Source: Candidatus Binatia bacterium (GTDB taxonomy: Bacteria; Desulfobacterota; Binatia; HRBIN30). Taken from it: DNA of 64,000 nucleotides. The position numbers and the translations under genes are program-made. The stretch lies in assembly GCA_038245295.1 (NCBI GenBank), contig JBBRSP010000023.1, positions 1 to 64,000 on the forward strand, read 5' to 3'. Below, in pieces: positions 30,160-40,406 of the stretch. Numbering within the stretch: position 1 is the first letter of the stretch; every line of letters begins with the position of its first letter. A model generated the notes under the pieces. That model saw only the letters and a program-made list of their open reading frames with translations. It did no database searches and had not been told where the DNA came from.

Positions 30160-31934
30160 CCCTCCCACGCCCCGAGTACGGCCGCCGCCTGGAGGTGGCC
30201 CAAGCGCAGGCAGAACTTCTGCGGCGTCGCGATCGTTTGCTGTCGCGCTGGCGTCTCGTCTTGTTTCTCCTGGCGGTGGTTCTGCTGCTCGTCGCGTTCG
30301 ACTCGCATAGCTTCTCCTCCTATTGGGCCCTGCCGCCGGGTGTTGTCTTTCTGGTGCTGGTGTTTGTGCACGAAGACGTGGCGGCGCGTCTGTCGAGGGC
30401 CGAGCGCATTGTGCAGTTCTACGAAGCGGCGATCGATCGACTCGAAGAACGGTGGATGGGCAAGGGCAACCCCGGCAACGAATATCCCGCCGCCGACCAT
30501 CCGTACGCTGCCGACCTCGACCTCTTTGGGCGCGCATCGTTGTTCGAACGCATCTGCAGCGCCCGCACACTGGCGGGCGAGCGCGCTTTGGCACAGTGGT
30601 TCCTGGAGACCAGCCCGCCGGATGTCGTGCGCGCGCGTCAGACCGCCGTGGCGGAGCTGACACCGTTGCTCGACTTGCGGGAGGCTCTGCACGTTGCGGC
30701 GTCGGCCGTGCGTGCGGGTGTCGACCCTGAGGCCCTCACCGGCTGGGCCAGTCGTCCCGGCGCGTCGGTCGGCCTGGCTCGTGTAGCGGCGGCGGTCGTT
30801 GTGGCGCATACGGTGCTCGCCTTCGCCGCGGCCATGATGGGTTTGGGATTCCTCTGGCTCGGTATCGCTCTGCTGCTGCAAACGGTGGTTGGGTCACTGC
30901 TGTCGCGGCGTGTGCATGAGATCATCCACGGCGTGGCGCAGCCTGATCACGGCCTCGACCTGTGCGCCGCGGCGTTGAAGTGTGTCGAAGCGCAGCAGTT
31001 CAGTGCGGCTCGACTGGTCGAGTTGCGGCACAGCCTCGACGCGGATGGCGAGCCGCCGTCGCGGCGCATCGCGCGATTGCATCAGCTGGTGCAGTGGCTC
31101 GATGCGCGCAAGAACCAACTGCTCGCGCCGGTTGCGGGTCTGGTGATGTGGACCACGCATTGTGCCCTGGCAATCGAAGCCTGGCGACTCGCGACTGGGA
31201 ATGTGGTCGGTACGTGGATCGCGGCGCTCGGCGAGATCGAAGCGTTGCTCTCCCTGGCGGGATACGCGTTCGATTACCCGAATGATGTCTTTGCCGAGAT
31301 CCTCGATGGTGGCCCCGCGCTCGACGCGGTTGGCCTGGCGCATCCGCTCATCAATGAGACGCGGGCGGTGCGCAACGATGTCCATCTCGGCAAAGCACCA
31401 CAAGCGCTCATCGTGAGTGGGTCGAATATGTCCGGCAAGAGCACACTCCTGCGGTCTGTTGGGACCAACGCCGTCCTCGCCTTCGCCGGCGCACCGGTCC
31501 GGGCTCGGTCGCTGCGGCTATCAGTGCTGGCTGTGGGCGCGTCGATTCGCACTCTCGATTCCCTGCAGGACGGAACGTCGCGCTTCTACGCCGAAATCCA
31601 ACGACTCAAACAACTCATGGATCTGGGCGGCGGCAAAACGCCTCTCCTGTTTCTGCTCGACGAAATTTTGCATGGCACCAACTCCCACGATCGCGGCATC
31701 GGCGCCGAAGCCATCGTCCGCGGTTTCCTGGCATGCGGCGCCATCGGGTTGGTGACGACACATGACCTGGCGCTGACGCGAGTCGCGGAAGGGTTGGCAC
31801 CGGTCGTCATCAACGTTCACTTCGAAGACATCCTCGTCGACGGTAAGATGAGCTTCGACTACCGCATGCACCCGGGCGTGGTCACTCACAGTAACGCACT
31901 GGCCTTGATGCGTGCGGTAGGGCTTCAAGTGTGA
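30156..31934 (+). CDS. Membrane-associated MutS-related ATPase (domain V only)
   Basis: GSNMSGKST, SRFYAE, LLDEILHGTNS, TTHDL; N-terminal TM segments; no mismatch-binding domain. Confidence 0.9.
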   Translation: MTLPRPEYGRRLEVAQAQAELLRRRDRLLSRWRLVLFLLAVVLLLVAFDSHSFSSYWALPPGVVFLVLVFVHEDVAARLSRAERIVQFYEAAIDRLEERWMGKGNPGNEYPAADHPYAADLDLFGRASLFERICSARTLAGERALAQWFLETSPPDVVRARQTAVAELTPLLDLREALHVAASAVRAGVDPEALTGWASRPGASVGLARVAAAVVVAHTVLAFAAAMMGLGFLWLGIALLLQTVVGSLLSRRVHEIIHGVAQPDHGLDLCAAALKCVEAQQFSAARLVELRHSLDADGEPPSRRIARLHQLVQWLDARKNQLLAPVAGLVMWTTHCALAIEAWRLATGNVVGTWIAALGEIEALLSLAGYAFDYPNDVFAEILDGGPALDAVGLAHPLINETRAVRNDVHLGKAPQALIVSGSNMSGKSTLLRSVGTNAVLAFAGAPVRARSLRLSVLAVGASIRTLDSLQDGTSRFYAEIQRLKQLMDLGGGKTPLLFLLDEILHGTNSHDRGIGAEAIVRGFLACGAIGLVTTHDLALTRVAEGLAPVVINVHFEDILVDGKMSFDYRMHPGVVTHSNALALMRAVGLQV

Positions 31935-32107
31935 AGGCGCGTCGCACTTCCGATAGACACGTGGGGGCGGCGATTCTTGGCGTTGTCAGGCGTTTGCATT
32001 CGTGAGAGGATTCGTTCACTTTTGGATACCGGACGGGCTCGGACAGAATTGGGCTCGAATGTCTGTTTTCAGCATGTTGGGCTACGTGCTGGCTGATCGG
32101 AGGGGGA

Positions 32108-33430
32108 ATGACGTCAATTGGCACCCTGGGGGCACGGTGGGTGGTAATGCTTGCCGCATTGATAGCGTGGCGCGGAATCGCGGCCGCACAGGTTCGGACG
32201 TTGACAGTCAGCCCTTCCGTTCGCCTCGTTCCTACCGGCGGCACAGCGAGTGTCGACCTCGTCGTCGATGACGCAACCGATCTGCTCGCCGCCGATATCG
32301 GGATCGTCTACGACGGTTCCGTGTTGTCCGTACAGCCGGCCGGCGCAACGACGGCGACGGGGTGTTTTCTTACCGCCAATATGGCACCGGACGGGAACAT
32401 CTGTCTGGGCTTGGCCTGTACCAACCCCTTGATGGGTACCAACGTCACCCTCGCATCGATCCAATTCAGTAACATCACGGCCATGATGCCGCCCGGACCC
32501 GATGCGCCGACGGGGATATCGGCGGTAACCATCAGTTCCGCAGGGTGCCACGGCAGTACACCGCCGGCGGGGGGCTGCCTGCTGAACGACAACAGCCCTG
32601 ATGATGACAGTTGCCTGGTCAGCAACGGATTGATCAATGTCGGCGCTCCGCCCACGGCGACGCCAACAACCGTCTCGGCTACTCCCACGAGTGTTCCCAC
32701 CGTCACCGCCACGGCGACGCCGGAAGACGGCGGCTTCGCGCCGCCGGACGCCAATACGGCGAAGTGCGAGAAGCTGTTCGCTAAACAACGCAAGAAGCTC
32801 TCCCTATGCTCGACGAAGTGTCAGCTCAAGCAGGCGGATGCCGCGCTCAAAGGACAGGCATTTGACGACGACGCCTGCGAAGAAGGTATAGGTAAACCTG
32901 TTTCGTGCCGCGCCTCATACGACGCCGCCGTATCAAAACTCCTTGGGCGTGTGCCGCCCATCTGTCCGCCCTGCATCAATCCTACGACGCAGACGACCGT
33001 TGCCGACGGGGTGCTGCATTTTGCCGATGATAACAACGGGCTGATCTATTGCGCCGGGACGACGCCGCTGGGTGGAGACGATACCGGTTTCGTCCCACCG
33101 GACGCGAACGCCGCCGGTTGCGAAAAGTTGGTCGCCAAGAACGTCAAGAAGCTCTTCGTGTGCATGACGAAGTGTCAAATCAAACAGGCAGGCGCCGCTC
33201 TCAAGGGCGTACCGTTTGACGAGGAGGCGTGCGAAGAGGGAAGTGGCAAGCCGATCTCTTGTCGTGCCAGCTACGACAAGACTACGACAAAGTTGCTGGG
33301 CCGCATGCCGGCGATCTGCCCAGCATGTCTCGACGCAACGGCGCAGAGTCATTTGGCCGATTTGGTGATCAACTTTGTCGACAACAGCAATGGGTCGATC
33401 TACTGTGCCGGTTCCACGCCGCTGCCATAA
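32108..33430 (+). CDS. Secreted protein: cohesin-like domain, PT linker, two Cys-rich repeats
   Basis: Signal peptide ending [24 protein letters not shown]...TLASIQF; duplicated GFxPPDAN...IYCAGxTPL unit. Confidence 0.8.
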   Translation: MTSIGTLGARWVVMLAALIAWRGIAAAQVRTLTVSPSVRLVPTGGTASVDLVVDDATDLLAADIGIVYDGSVLSVQPAGATTATGCFLTANMAPDGNICLGLACTNPLMGTNVTLASIQFSNITAMMPPGPDAPTGISAVTISSAGCHGSTPPAGGCLLNDNSPDDDSCLVSNGLINVGAPPTATPTTVSATPTSVPTVTATATPEDGGFAPPDANTAKCEKLFAKQRKKLSLCSTKCQLKQADAALKGQAFDDDACEEGIGKPVSCRASYDAAVSKLLGRVPPICPPCINPTTQTTVADGVLHFADDNNGLIYCAGTTPLGGDDTGFVPPDANAAGCEKLVAKNVKKLFVCMTKCQIKQAGAALKGVPFDEEACEEGSGKPISCRASYDKTTTKLLGRMPAICPACLDATAQSHLADLVINFVDNSNGSIYCAGSTPLP

Positions 33431-33477
33431 AGGCAGACGCGGTCGTGGCAACGATGTTGATGAGTTCGGAGGGGTAG

Positions 33478-35151
33478 ATGCTGTCGATGCGCAGGTGGAG
33501 CATGAGGTGGTTGGTATCGCTGGGGGCGCTGCTGCTCTGCGGCGGCGTGGCGACGGCGCAGGTTCGTACGCTTAGTGTTAATCCATCCGTGCGATCCGTC
33601 CCGGCCGGCGGTACCGGGAGTGTCGATCTGGTCGTCGATGATGCGAACAACCTTGTCGCCGCCGACATCGGGATCGTTTACGACGGCTCCCTCCTATCGG
33701 TGCAGCCGTCAGGGCCGACCACAGCGACGGGATGTTTCCTCACTGCCAATACGTTGCCCGACGGGAACATATGTCTGGCCTTGGCTTGTACAACCGCGCT
33801 GATGGGCACGAACGTGACTTTGGTGTCGATTCAATTCAGCAACATCACAGCGAATATGGCGCCGGGGCCGGATGGCGCGATGGGGACGTCACCGGTAACC
33901 ATCAGCGCTTCGGGATGCCACGGCAGTTCTCCGCCCGTGGGCGGATGTGTCCTCAACGATAGCAATACCGCTGATGATAGCTGCCTGACCGTCGACGGCA
34001 CGATCTTCGTCGGCGCGACGCCGACACCGACGCGAACGGCGACACGGACGCCGACCAACACGCCGACGCAGACGTCATCGCTGACGCCGACAATCACCCG
34101 CACGCCGACCAACACGCCGAGCTTGACGCCGACGCGGACGCCGACGCGCACGCCCACCATCACGGTGACACCTAGCAATACGGCGACGCAGACGCCGACA
34201 CGGACGGCGACAATTACACCGACCTTGAGTCCGACGCGCACGGCAACCAATACGCCAACCGATTCCCCGACGCAGACGCCGACGCGGACACCGACAAATT
34301 CGCCCACTCAATCGGCAACACTGACCCCGCCGATAACGAACACGCCGAGCGTCAGCCCCACGATGACTGACACTCCGACGATCACGGCTACACCAACGGA
34401 CACACCGACCGCTACGCCGACCGGTTCACCGACGCAGACGCCGACACAAACAGGAACGTCGACCGAGACGGCAACGCGAACACCGACACTGTCGCCAACG
34501 TCGACCCCCACGGGGACCGATACGGTATCGCCGACGAGCACGGCGACACAGACGCCGACGCGAACGCCGAGCAGCACGCCGACGATTACCGGCACCGCGA
34601 CGGAGACGCCCACGATCACGCCCACCGGTTCACCGACACAGACGCCAACCCAAACAGGAACGTCGACAGAGACGGCAACGCGAACACCGACCCTGTCGGC
34701 TACAATAACCAGGACCCCAACCGAGACGGCGACGATGACTGCCACGCCCTCGGTAACGAACACTCCGAGTCAGACGGCGACGCGAACCGCCAGCAACACA
34801 CCAACCGCCACCGGTTCGCCTACCGAAACGCCGACACAATCGCCGACCCGCACGTCCACGGGGACGCGGACGCCGACAAGTACGGCAACGGTCACCGGAA
34901 CGCCCACGATTACTCCACTGCCCTCGGCCACGCCGACTCTAGCGCCGCGCGAAGACTCCGCCGGTGCTCAGGCCTGCCGCGATGGCTTCGACAACGACGG
35001 CGATGGATTGATCGATTGCGCCGACCCGGACTGCTTCGCGTCGAGCCTGTGCGGCACCCCGGCTCCCGTGCTGTCGCCCCACCTGATAGTTGCTATGGCG
35101 GCGACGTTGGTGCTGGTCGGCTGGTTCGGATTGCGGCGCCGACAAGGGTAG
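33478..35151 (+). CDS. Surface protein: cohesin-like domain, ~310-aa Pro/Thr stalk, Cys/Asp motif, C-terminal membrane anchor
   Basis: Paralogous N-domain to 32108; TPT repeats; [26 protein letters not shown] + hydrophobic helix + RRR. Confidence 0.85.
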   Translation: MLSMRRWSMRWLVSLGALLLCGGVATAQVRTLSVNPSVRSVPAGGTGSVDLVVDDANNLVAADIGIVYDGSLLSVQPSGPTTATGCFLTANTLPDGNICLALACTTALMGTNVTLVSIQFSNITANMAPGPDGAMGTSPVTISASGCHGSSPPVGGCVLNDSNTADDSCLTVDGTIFVGATPTPTRTATRTPTNTPTQTSSLTPTITRTPTNTPSLTPTRTPTRTPTITVTPSNTATQTPTRTATITPTLSPTRTATNTPTDSPTQTPTRTPTNSPTQSATLTPPITNTPSVSPTMTDTPTITATPTDTPTATPTGSPTQTPTQTGTSTETATRTPTLSPTSTPTGTDTVSPTSTATQTPTRTPSSTPTITGTATETPTITPTGSPTQTPTQTGTSTETATRTPTLSATITRTPTETATMTATPSVTNTPSQTATRTASNTPTATGSPTETPTQSPTRTSTGTRTPTSTATVTGTPTITPLPSATPTLAPREDSAGAQACRDGFDNDGDGLIDCADPDCFASSLCGTPAPVLSPHLIVAMAATLVLVGWFGLRRRQG

Positions 35152-35161
35152 GTGATTGAGA

Positions 35162-35192
35162 GCGAACCGCCCGCGTTTCGGGGGTGGTTCGC
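35162..35192 (+). terminator. Hairpin after the 33478-35151 gene
   Basis: GCGAACCGCCC...GGGTGGTTCGC. Confidence 0.55.
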
Positions 35193-35274
35193 AAAGGGGC
35201 CTGCGCATCGCTCCGCGCCATTCCTTTCGGCGCAGGGGCCCAAGGGCTCAAGCCCGTCGCTAAGATGGGCGGTG

Positions 35275-36264
35275 TCACGGCGTTGGAATGGCGAGCTGTT
35301 GTCCAGGCGTGGCAGCTTGAAGCGGGTGCGTCCGCACTTCGAGCGGCGCGTGAAACATCGCCAGAATCTGATCTTCGTCGTGCGGTTGGTACGGGCGCGC
35401 CAAGACGATGGTCGACTGCAGGAGCTGATAGGAGCCCGAGTGCTTTAGCCGGATCATGTCCTGCAACGTGAAGCCGGCGCTGGCGGACGCCGGTTGTGGC
35501 GATTCCGCCGCCGGACTCGCCCGCTGCACGAGACTGCCCCGCGTGATCCCCCAGGTCGTCCACTCGGGCGGCAGGATGAACACCTGCAGCAGCGATCCGG
35601 ATGCGCCGCTGACAGCCCACCATTCGTGATCGCGGTGGGTGGCGATTGCCTCCTCACCGCCGGAGTTGAGGAGCGTGCCGCGTGGGTTGGCGGCGTCCCA
35701 GTAACGCTGTGGCGCGCTGGTGTCGGAAAACTCAAAGACATTCTCGAAGCGAAAGTCGCGCAGCGCCTTGAGGGCCATCCACGGCACCGACATCTGCGTC
35801 GGCGTCGAGAACGAGCTGAAATAGTGGAGGGTGTAGACAGTGCCAGTCGGCAGGTCGGGGAAGAGTGGGCCGAGATCGACCGACAGGTGAACACGCCGCA
35901 CCGAACGAACCCAGCCGTTCTTGATGCCATCGACGCGCACAATTGAGTTGCGCTCCGTAAACGCCAGTCGGATGTCGCCGAACAGCAGTGAAAAGGTCGG
36001 TTCGCCGAGCATCCGCGTCTGGCGTAGGAGGTTCTCGCTGTTGCCGGCCGCGGCGGGCGTAACTCTCAGGCCGGTGAGGAAGTTCAGCCCTTCGGCGTAG
36101 TCGACTTCATAGAGATCTGAGGTGGCGCGATTACGGGCCTGATCAAACGGACCTCGGCAGCCGCGGGTGGGGAGCCGATTGGCGTGCAGCAGCAAGAGCA
36201 AGCAGATGAGCAACGGTGGGCCGTTGGCCAAGCGCTGCCCCCGCGTATAGCCCCTACCGACCAT
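35275..36264 (-). CDS. Hypothetical, probably exported protein
   Basis: 329-aa ORF with globular composition and a hydrophobic stretch near the N-terminus. Confidence 0.65.
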   Translation of the reverse strand: MVGRGYTRGQRLANGPPLLICLLLLLHANRLPTRGCRGPFDQARNRATSDLYEVDYAEGLNFLTGLRVTPAAAGNSENLLRQTRMLGEPTFSLLFGDIRLAFTERNSIVRVDGIKNGWVRSVRRVHLSVDLGPLFPDLPTGTVYTLHYFSSFSTPTQMSVPWMALKALRDFRFENVFEFSDTSAPQRYWDAANPRGTLLNSGGEEAIATHRDHEWWAVSGASGSLLQVFILPPEWTTWGITRGSLVQRASPAAESPQPASASAGFTLQDMIRLKHSGSYQLLQSTIVLARPYQPHDEDQILAMFHAPLEVRTHPLQAATPGQQLAIPTP

Positions 36265-36494
36265 GAACAGCCTTTCGATTCGCGACGATCCCGGTCGGCC
36301 CCGCGGTGCCTACCCGTGGCGCCCGCGTGCGTGCGGACTGTTGCAGAATCCGCGATGCCAGGAAACCGGCAATCGCCTCGGAGGCAAAAGGCTCCGCCAT
36401 GGATGGTTGACAGAAGTGTTGCCATTCGTGGACAAGGCATTGTCACGACACGTCGCTGCCTGGGCGAGGTGAATCAATCGGATGCGAGGGTGAG

Positions 36495-37427
36495 ATGGAA
36501 CTTCGAGCGCTCGGCAAAGATGTTTACGCGTGTCTGCAGGAAGATCGCGGTCTCGGCACCAGCAACTCCGGATTCATCAATCGCGGCGGCGGCATGGTCG
36601 TCGATACGTTCTGGGATCTACCGCACACGCGCTCCATGATTGAGCTCTACGCCGGGGTCTGGAAAGAACCAGCGCGGCGCGTTCTCAACACCCATCACAA
36701 TGGCGACCACTGCTGGGGCAACCAACTGTTCCCGCAGGCTGAGATCGTCGGGCATCGCTTGTGCGCCGAGTTCTTCCGTAGCGAAGACCCAAAGGCGATG
36801 GAGAGTTTGCCGCTACTTGCCAGTCACCCCGATGCGTCGCTGGCGGCGATCGGCCGGGCGTTTGCCGGTTGGGATTTCCGTGGCATCGAGTTGCGGCCGC
36901 CGACCACGCTCATCGACGAGCAAATGGATTTTGATCTCGACGGTATTCTGGCGCGGGCCATCTACGTCGGCCCGGCGCATACGGCCGGCGATACCGTGGT
37001 GCACCTGCCCGAATCGGGGATCGTATTCATGGGGGACGTGCTGTTTCGCTTGTGCACGCCGATTGGCTGGCAGGGGACGTATGCCAAGTGGATCGACGCC
37101 CTCAATCGCGTCGCCGCGTTGGCCCCGGCAGTGGTCGTACCGGGGCACGGACCAATTTGCGGTGCAGAGGGCTTGATCGAGATGCGTGACTATCTCGCCT
37201 ATGCACGCGCCGAAGCGAAGACGTTCTTCGATCGCGGCCTCAGCGCCATCGATGCGGCGAAGCGGATCGACATCGGCCCTTACGCCAACTGGACGCAACC
37301 GGAACGTGTCGTCTTCCAGATCGAACGCGCCTATCACGAATTCCGCGGCGAGCCGTTGGATACGCCGATCGAAGCAGCGGCGATGTTTCGGGCGATGGCG
37401 GAGGTGCGCCAGGAGCGCGGTTGGTAG
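36495..37427 (+). CDS. MBL-fold metallo-hydrolase (cyclase-like)
   Basis: THHNGDHCWGN, AHTAGD, VPGHG. Confidence 0.92.
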   Translation: MELRALGKDVYACLQEDRGLGTSNSGFINRGGGMVVDTFWDLPHTRSMIELYAGVWKEPARRVLNTHHNGDHCWGNQLFPQAEIVGHRLCAEFFRSEDPKAMESLPLLASHPDASLAAIGRAFAGWDFRGIELRPPTTLIDEQMDFDLDGILARAIYVGPAHTAGDTVVHLPESGIVFMGDVLFRLCTPIGWQGTYAKWIDALNRVAALAPAVVVPGHGPICGAEGLIEMRDYLAYARAEAKTFFDRGLSAIDAAKRIDIGPYANWTQPERVVFQIERAYHEFRGEPLDTPIEAAAMFRAMAEVRQERGW

Positions 37428-37431
37428 AGGC

Positions 37432-37471
37432 CATGTGACCCACAGGACGTATCGTTCCTATGGGTCACATG
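37432..37471. terminator. Inverted repeat between convergent genes
   Basis: CATGTGACCCACAGGA...TCCTATGGGTCACATG (15/16). Confidence 0.65.
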
Positions 37472-37477
37472 ACTCGA

Positions 37478-38602
37478 CTACTTCGAGCGACGCGGCATCT
37501 CGGCTTCGGCAATCGCCGTCGCCGTGATCTCCTCACGATGGTTCACGCACTCAACATGAAAGCCGACGTAGCTGCGCCCATTGCGCTCTGACTTCTCGGT
37601 CACCTTGCCGCGTACCCATGTGACATCGCCCATGTAATTGAACTTCAGATAGCGCGCCTCGATCTTGTTGATGAAGGCATTGTCGCCGATCCATTGGGTG
37701 ACGCCCTGGATCAGCCACGAGCAGCGCTCCGGTCCGAGGTCGTAGGCGCCCGGCAGGCCGAGGAGGTTCTTGGTGAAGGCGTTGTCCCAGTGCACGCGTT
37801 GCGGTGGTTCGGGAATGCCTTGCTCGTTGGGGATCATCAGTGCCGGGTGTTTGGCGTAGAGGTTGGCGGCGACCTTGTTGCCGACCAGGTAGATGCCGAA
37901 GTACGACTCGAAGGCGATTTCGGCCGTCGGCGTCAGCGGTCCCTTGATCAGTTGGTGCAGCTCGTCGCCGACCTTGACGTCTTCCCAGTAGCGTTCGGCC
38001 GTGCGCTTCTCGTTGGCGTACTCTTCCATGAAGCGATCGATGTCGGGCTTGGTCCATTTTGCCAGCTCGATCTCGCCGTACTTCTTCTTCTCGGCCGCTT
38101 TGGCCCGCTCGATGCGCATCCACGTGTCGTTGCGTACGCCGAGATAGTTGTTGTCCTGGTCGTAGTACTTCGCTTCGTAGGTTTGATAGACGGTGCGGCC
38201 GCCGCCCATCGTACTTTCCTTCTCGCGAATTTCCTTGAGGTACGACTCGGAGCGAATCTTGTCGCCGAGCAGGGGCGGGCGCTCCCATTCATAGTACGAC
38301 CCGCTCCAGATCGAATGGACGCCGGGCAGTCCTTCCGGCAATCCCGAGTGGCCGACGGCACGCAGCGTATCCATGGTCTGGACGATGATCGGCGGTGCAG
38401 TCAGCGTACCCCAGCGGGATTTCTTGGCATGCTCCTCATCGAGAAACATCGGATTGAGATCACCGATGGCGAGGGCGAGATGATAGATGGCGTCGCGTGT
38501 GACTTCGGTGCGCCACGGGCGTCGGCCTTCGAATCCTTTGCCGACGCGCGATCGGATGCGCGCCAATCCCTCTTCTGTGATCTTTCCTGGCGTATCGGCC
38601 AT
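37478..38602 (-). CDS. Double hot-dog (MaoC-like) dehydratase
   Basis: IGDLNPMF, YWEDVKVGDEL, QRVHWD, YMGD. Confidence 0.85.
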   Translation of the reverse strand: MADTPGKITEEGLARIRSRVGKGFEGRRPWRTEVTRDAIYHLALAIGDLNPMFLDEEHAKKSRWGTLTAPPIIVQTMDTLRAVGHSGLPEGLPGVHSIWSGSYYEWERPPLLGDKIRSESYLKEIREKESTMGGGRTVYQTYEAKYYDQDNNYLGVRNDTWMRIERAKAAEKKKYGEIELAKWTKPDIDRFMEEYANEKRTAERYWEDVKVGDELHQLIKGPLTPTAEIAFESYFGIYLVGNKVAANLYAKHPALMIPNEQGIPEPPQRVHWDNAFTKNLLGLPGAYDLGPERCSWLIQGVTQWIGDNAFINKIEARYLKFNYMGDVTWVRGKVTEKSERNGRSYVGFHVECVNHREEITATAIAEAEMPRRSK

Positions 38603-38627
38603 GACGTGAATCTCCTTTGTCTGATCT

Positions 38628-39323
38628 TCAGGACGTCTTGCGCCGTTCATTGGCGCGTTTCTGTGGCCCGATCAGGCGGTAGATCGCCTTCTCGAGAAAG
38701 TCGCGTTGCAAGGCGAGAGCGCGGTCCGAGAGCGGATCGAGACCGGGTGCGATGGTGCGCAACGCGGCCGTATTGGTGAAGTAGGCGAAGACGAGACCAA
38801 AGAGTCCGAGGGCGAGATGCGGCAATTCCTCAGGATCCCAGCCGGCGCCATCGGCGGTGGCACTCAAGACCTGAAAGCCCTCGCGATAGAGGGGCTCCAT
38901 CCGGCGTTCGATCCACTGCTTGGCGCGGTCGCTCTCCGACATCAGTAACCGCTGCATCAGCCGCGCCAGATGCGGGTGATGGGCGAGGTGGGCGACCATG
39001 CTGTCGACGGTGTCGTGGATACGATCCGGATTCTGGGCGCCCGCCTGCCAAGCCTCGCCGATGAGTTGCACGATCGGCATCAGTCCACGTTCGAGCACGG
39101 CGTCATAGAGTGCGAGTTTTGATGGGAAGTGATTGTACAAACTAGGCGCCGTCAGGTTCATCTCACGCGCCAGATCACGCACCGCCACGCCGTGTACCCC
39201 GTGCAGGGCAAAGAGACGCTCGGCGGTATCGAGGATCACCTCGCGCGTCGGCGCCGGGGCCACGGCTTGCGACGAGGCCCCGCGCTTGCGGCGCGGCGAC
39301 GGCGAAACAACTTGAAGAGGCAC
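38628..39323 (-). CDS. TetR-family transcriptional regulator
   Basis: ILDTAERLFA...VRDLA...SLYNHFPSK HTH. Confidence 0.95.
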   Translation of the reverse strand: MPLQVVSPSPRRKRGASSQAVAPAPTREVILDTAERLFALHGVHGVAVRDLAREMNLTAPSLYNHFPSKLALYDAVLERGLMPIVQLIGEAWQAGAQNPDRIHDTVDSMVAHLAHHPHLARLMQRLLMSESDRAKQWIERRMEPLYREGFQVLSATADGAGWDPEELPHLALGLFGLVFAYFTNTAALRTIAPGLDPLSDRALALQRDFLEKAIYRLIGPQKRANERRKTS

Positions 39324-39338
39324 GCCGCGTGACTACTG

Positions 39339-39352
39339 AACAAACGTTCGTT
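39339..39352. promoter_or_regulatory. Palindromic operator AACAAACGTTCGTT next to a minus-strand TTGACG -35 box
   Basis: AAC-N-AACGTT-N-GTT palindrome just upstream of the TetR start; -35 at 39353-39358. Confidence 0.65.
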
Positions 39353-39407
39353 CGTCAAGCCGAGGTGGCGTCGGGGGTGGTGTCAGCGTGGGCCGAGAGT
39401 ACGGTTC

Positions 39408-40406
39408 CTACGACAGAAAGTTCCACTTCGCCATCGTCCACAAGTCGCGCGGGTTATCGCCGAGTTTGCGCACGGCCGAAGCTTCGAAGCCGGAGTGCAT
39501 CAAGCAATTCTGGCAGGCGGGGTCCTGGCGGCTTTCCCAGTAGTTCCAGTCGACGCCGTTCCAGTACTCGTCCCACGTCTTGTAGTAGCCGCCCTCGATC
39601 AAATAGCAGGGCCCCTTCCAGCCCTTCGGCGTACGTGTCGGATTACCCCACGGCGTGCACGGGTAGTCGCGTTGCCCGGCCGCAAATTCCAGGAACAGCG
39701 GCGTCGAATACAGACGATACCGCTTCGAGAGCTCGAGCACCTCGCTGAACTTCTTGTGGATCTCTTCTTTGAACAGGAAGTGATTCTGTTTGATTTTCTC
39801 GTAATGGTAGCCCGGCGATAGCAGGATCCCATCGACGCCGATCTCGGTGAGGAAGGCGCACATCTCGTCGATCTCGCTCATCGCTGTTTCGCGGTAGACC
39901 GTTGTATTGGTGCACACGGCGAAGCCGAGGCGCTTGCCTTCCTTGATCATCTCGATCGCCTTGTCGAAGACACCGGCACGATCGACGACGAAGTCGTGGG
40001 TCTGCTTCATACCGTCGAGGTGCACGTTGATCGACAGCCGCTTGTGCGGCTTCACCTTCTTGTAGAAGCGATCGAGCAGAATACCATTGGTGCAGAGATA
40101 GATGTGACGTTTGCGTTCGATGATGCCTTGGACCAACTCCGGTAGCTCCGGGTAAATCGTCGGCTCACCGCCGCAAATCGACACCACCGGGGTTCCCGCT
40201 TCATCGACTGCCTGCAGCGACTCCTCCAGCGAGAGCCGATCCTTCAGGTCGCCGTTGTAACGTTCGGGCGAGCAGCCAAGGCAGGCGAGGTTGCAGGTGT
40301 GCAAAGGCTCGAGCATCAAGACGTACGGGTAACGGTCCCGTCCGAGGCGGCGATTCTTTAGCTGCCACTTCATCATGTCGGTCGTGATGTGCATCGGGAA
40401 TCGCAT
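39408..40406 (-). CDS. hpnH: Adenosyl-hopene transferase (radical SAM)
   Basis: VLMLEPLHTCNLACLGC, CTPWGNPTR, CLMHSGFE; hopanoid context. Confidence 0.92.
   Translation of the reverse strand: MRFPMHITTDMMKWQLKNRRLGRDRYPYVLMLEPLHTCNLACLGCSPERYNGDLKDRLSLEESLQAVDEAGTPVVSICGGEPTIYPELPELVQGIIERKRHIYLCTNGILLDRFYKKVKPHKRLSINVHLDGMKQTHDFVVDRAGVFDKAIEMIKEGKRLGFAVCTNTTVYRETAMSEIDEMCAFLTEIGVDGILLSPGYHYEKIKQNHFLFKEEIHKKFSEVLELSKRYRLYSTPLFLEFAAGQRDYPCTPWGNPTRTPKGWKGPCYLIEGGYYKTWDEYWNGVDWNYWESRQDPACQNCLMHSGFEASAVRKLGDNPRDLWTMAKWNFLS

Noticed and set aside
30156..31934. Canonical mismatch-repair mutS or an anti-phage ATPase
   Set aside because: Lacks the N-terminal mismatch-binding domain, and has no mutL or defence-gene context
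34015..34945. ACGCCGAC-type repeats as a non-coding array
   Set aside because: Explained by Thr/Pro codons of the stalk protein
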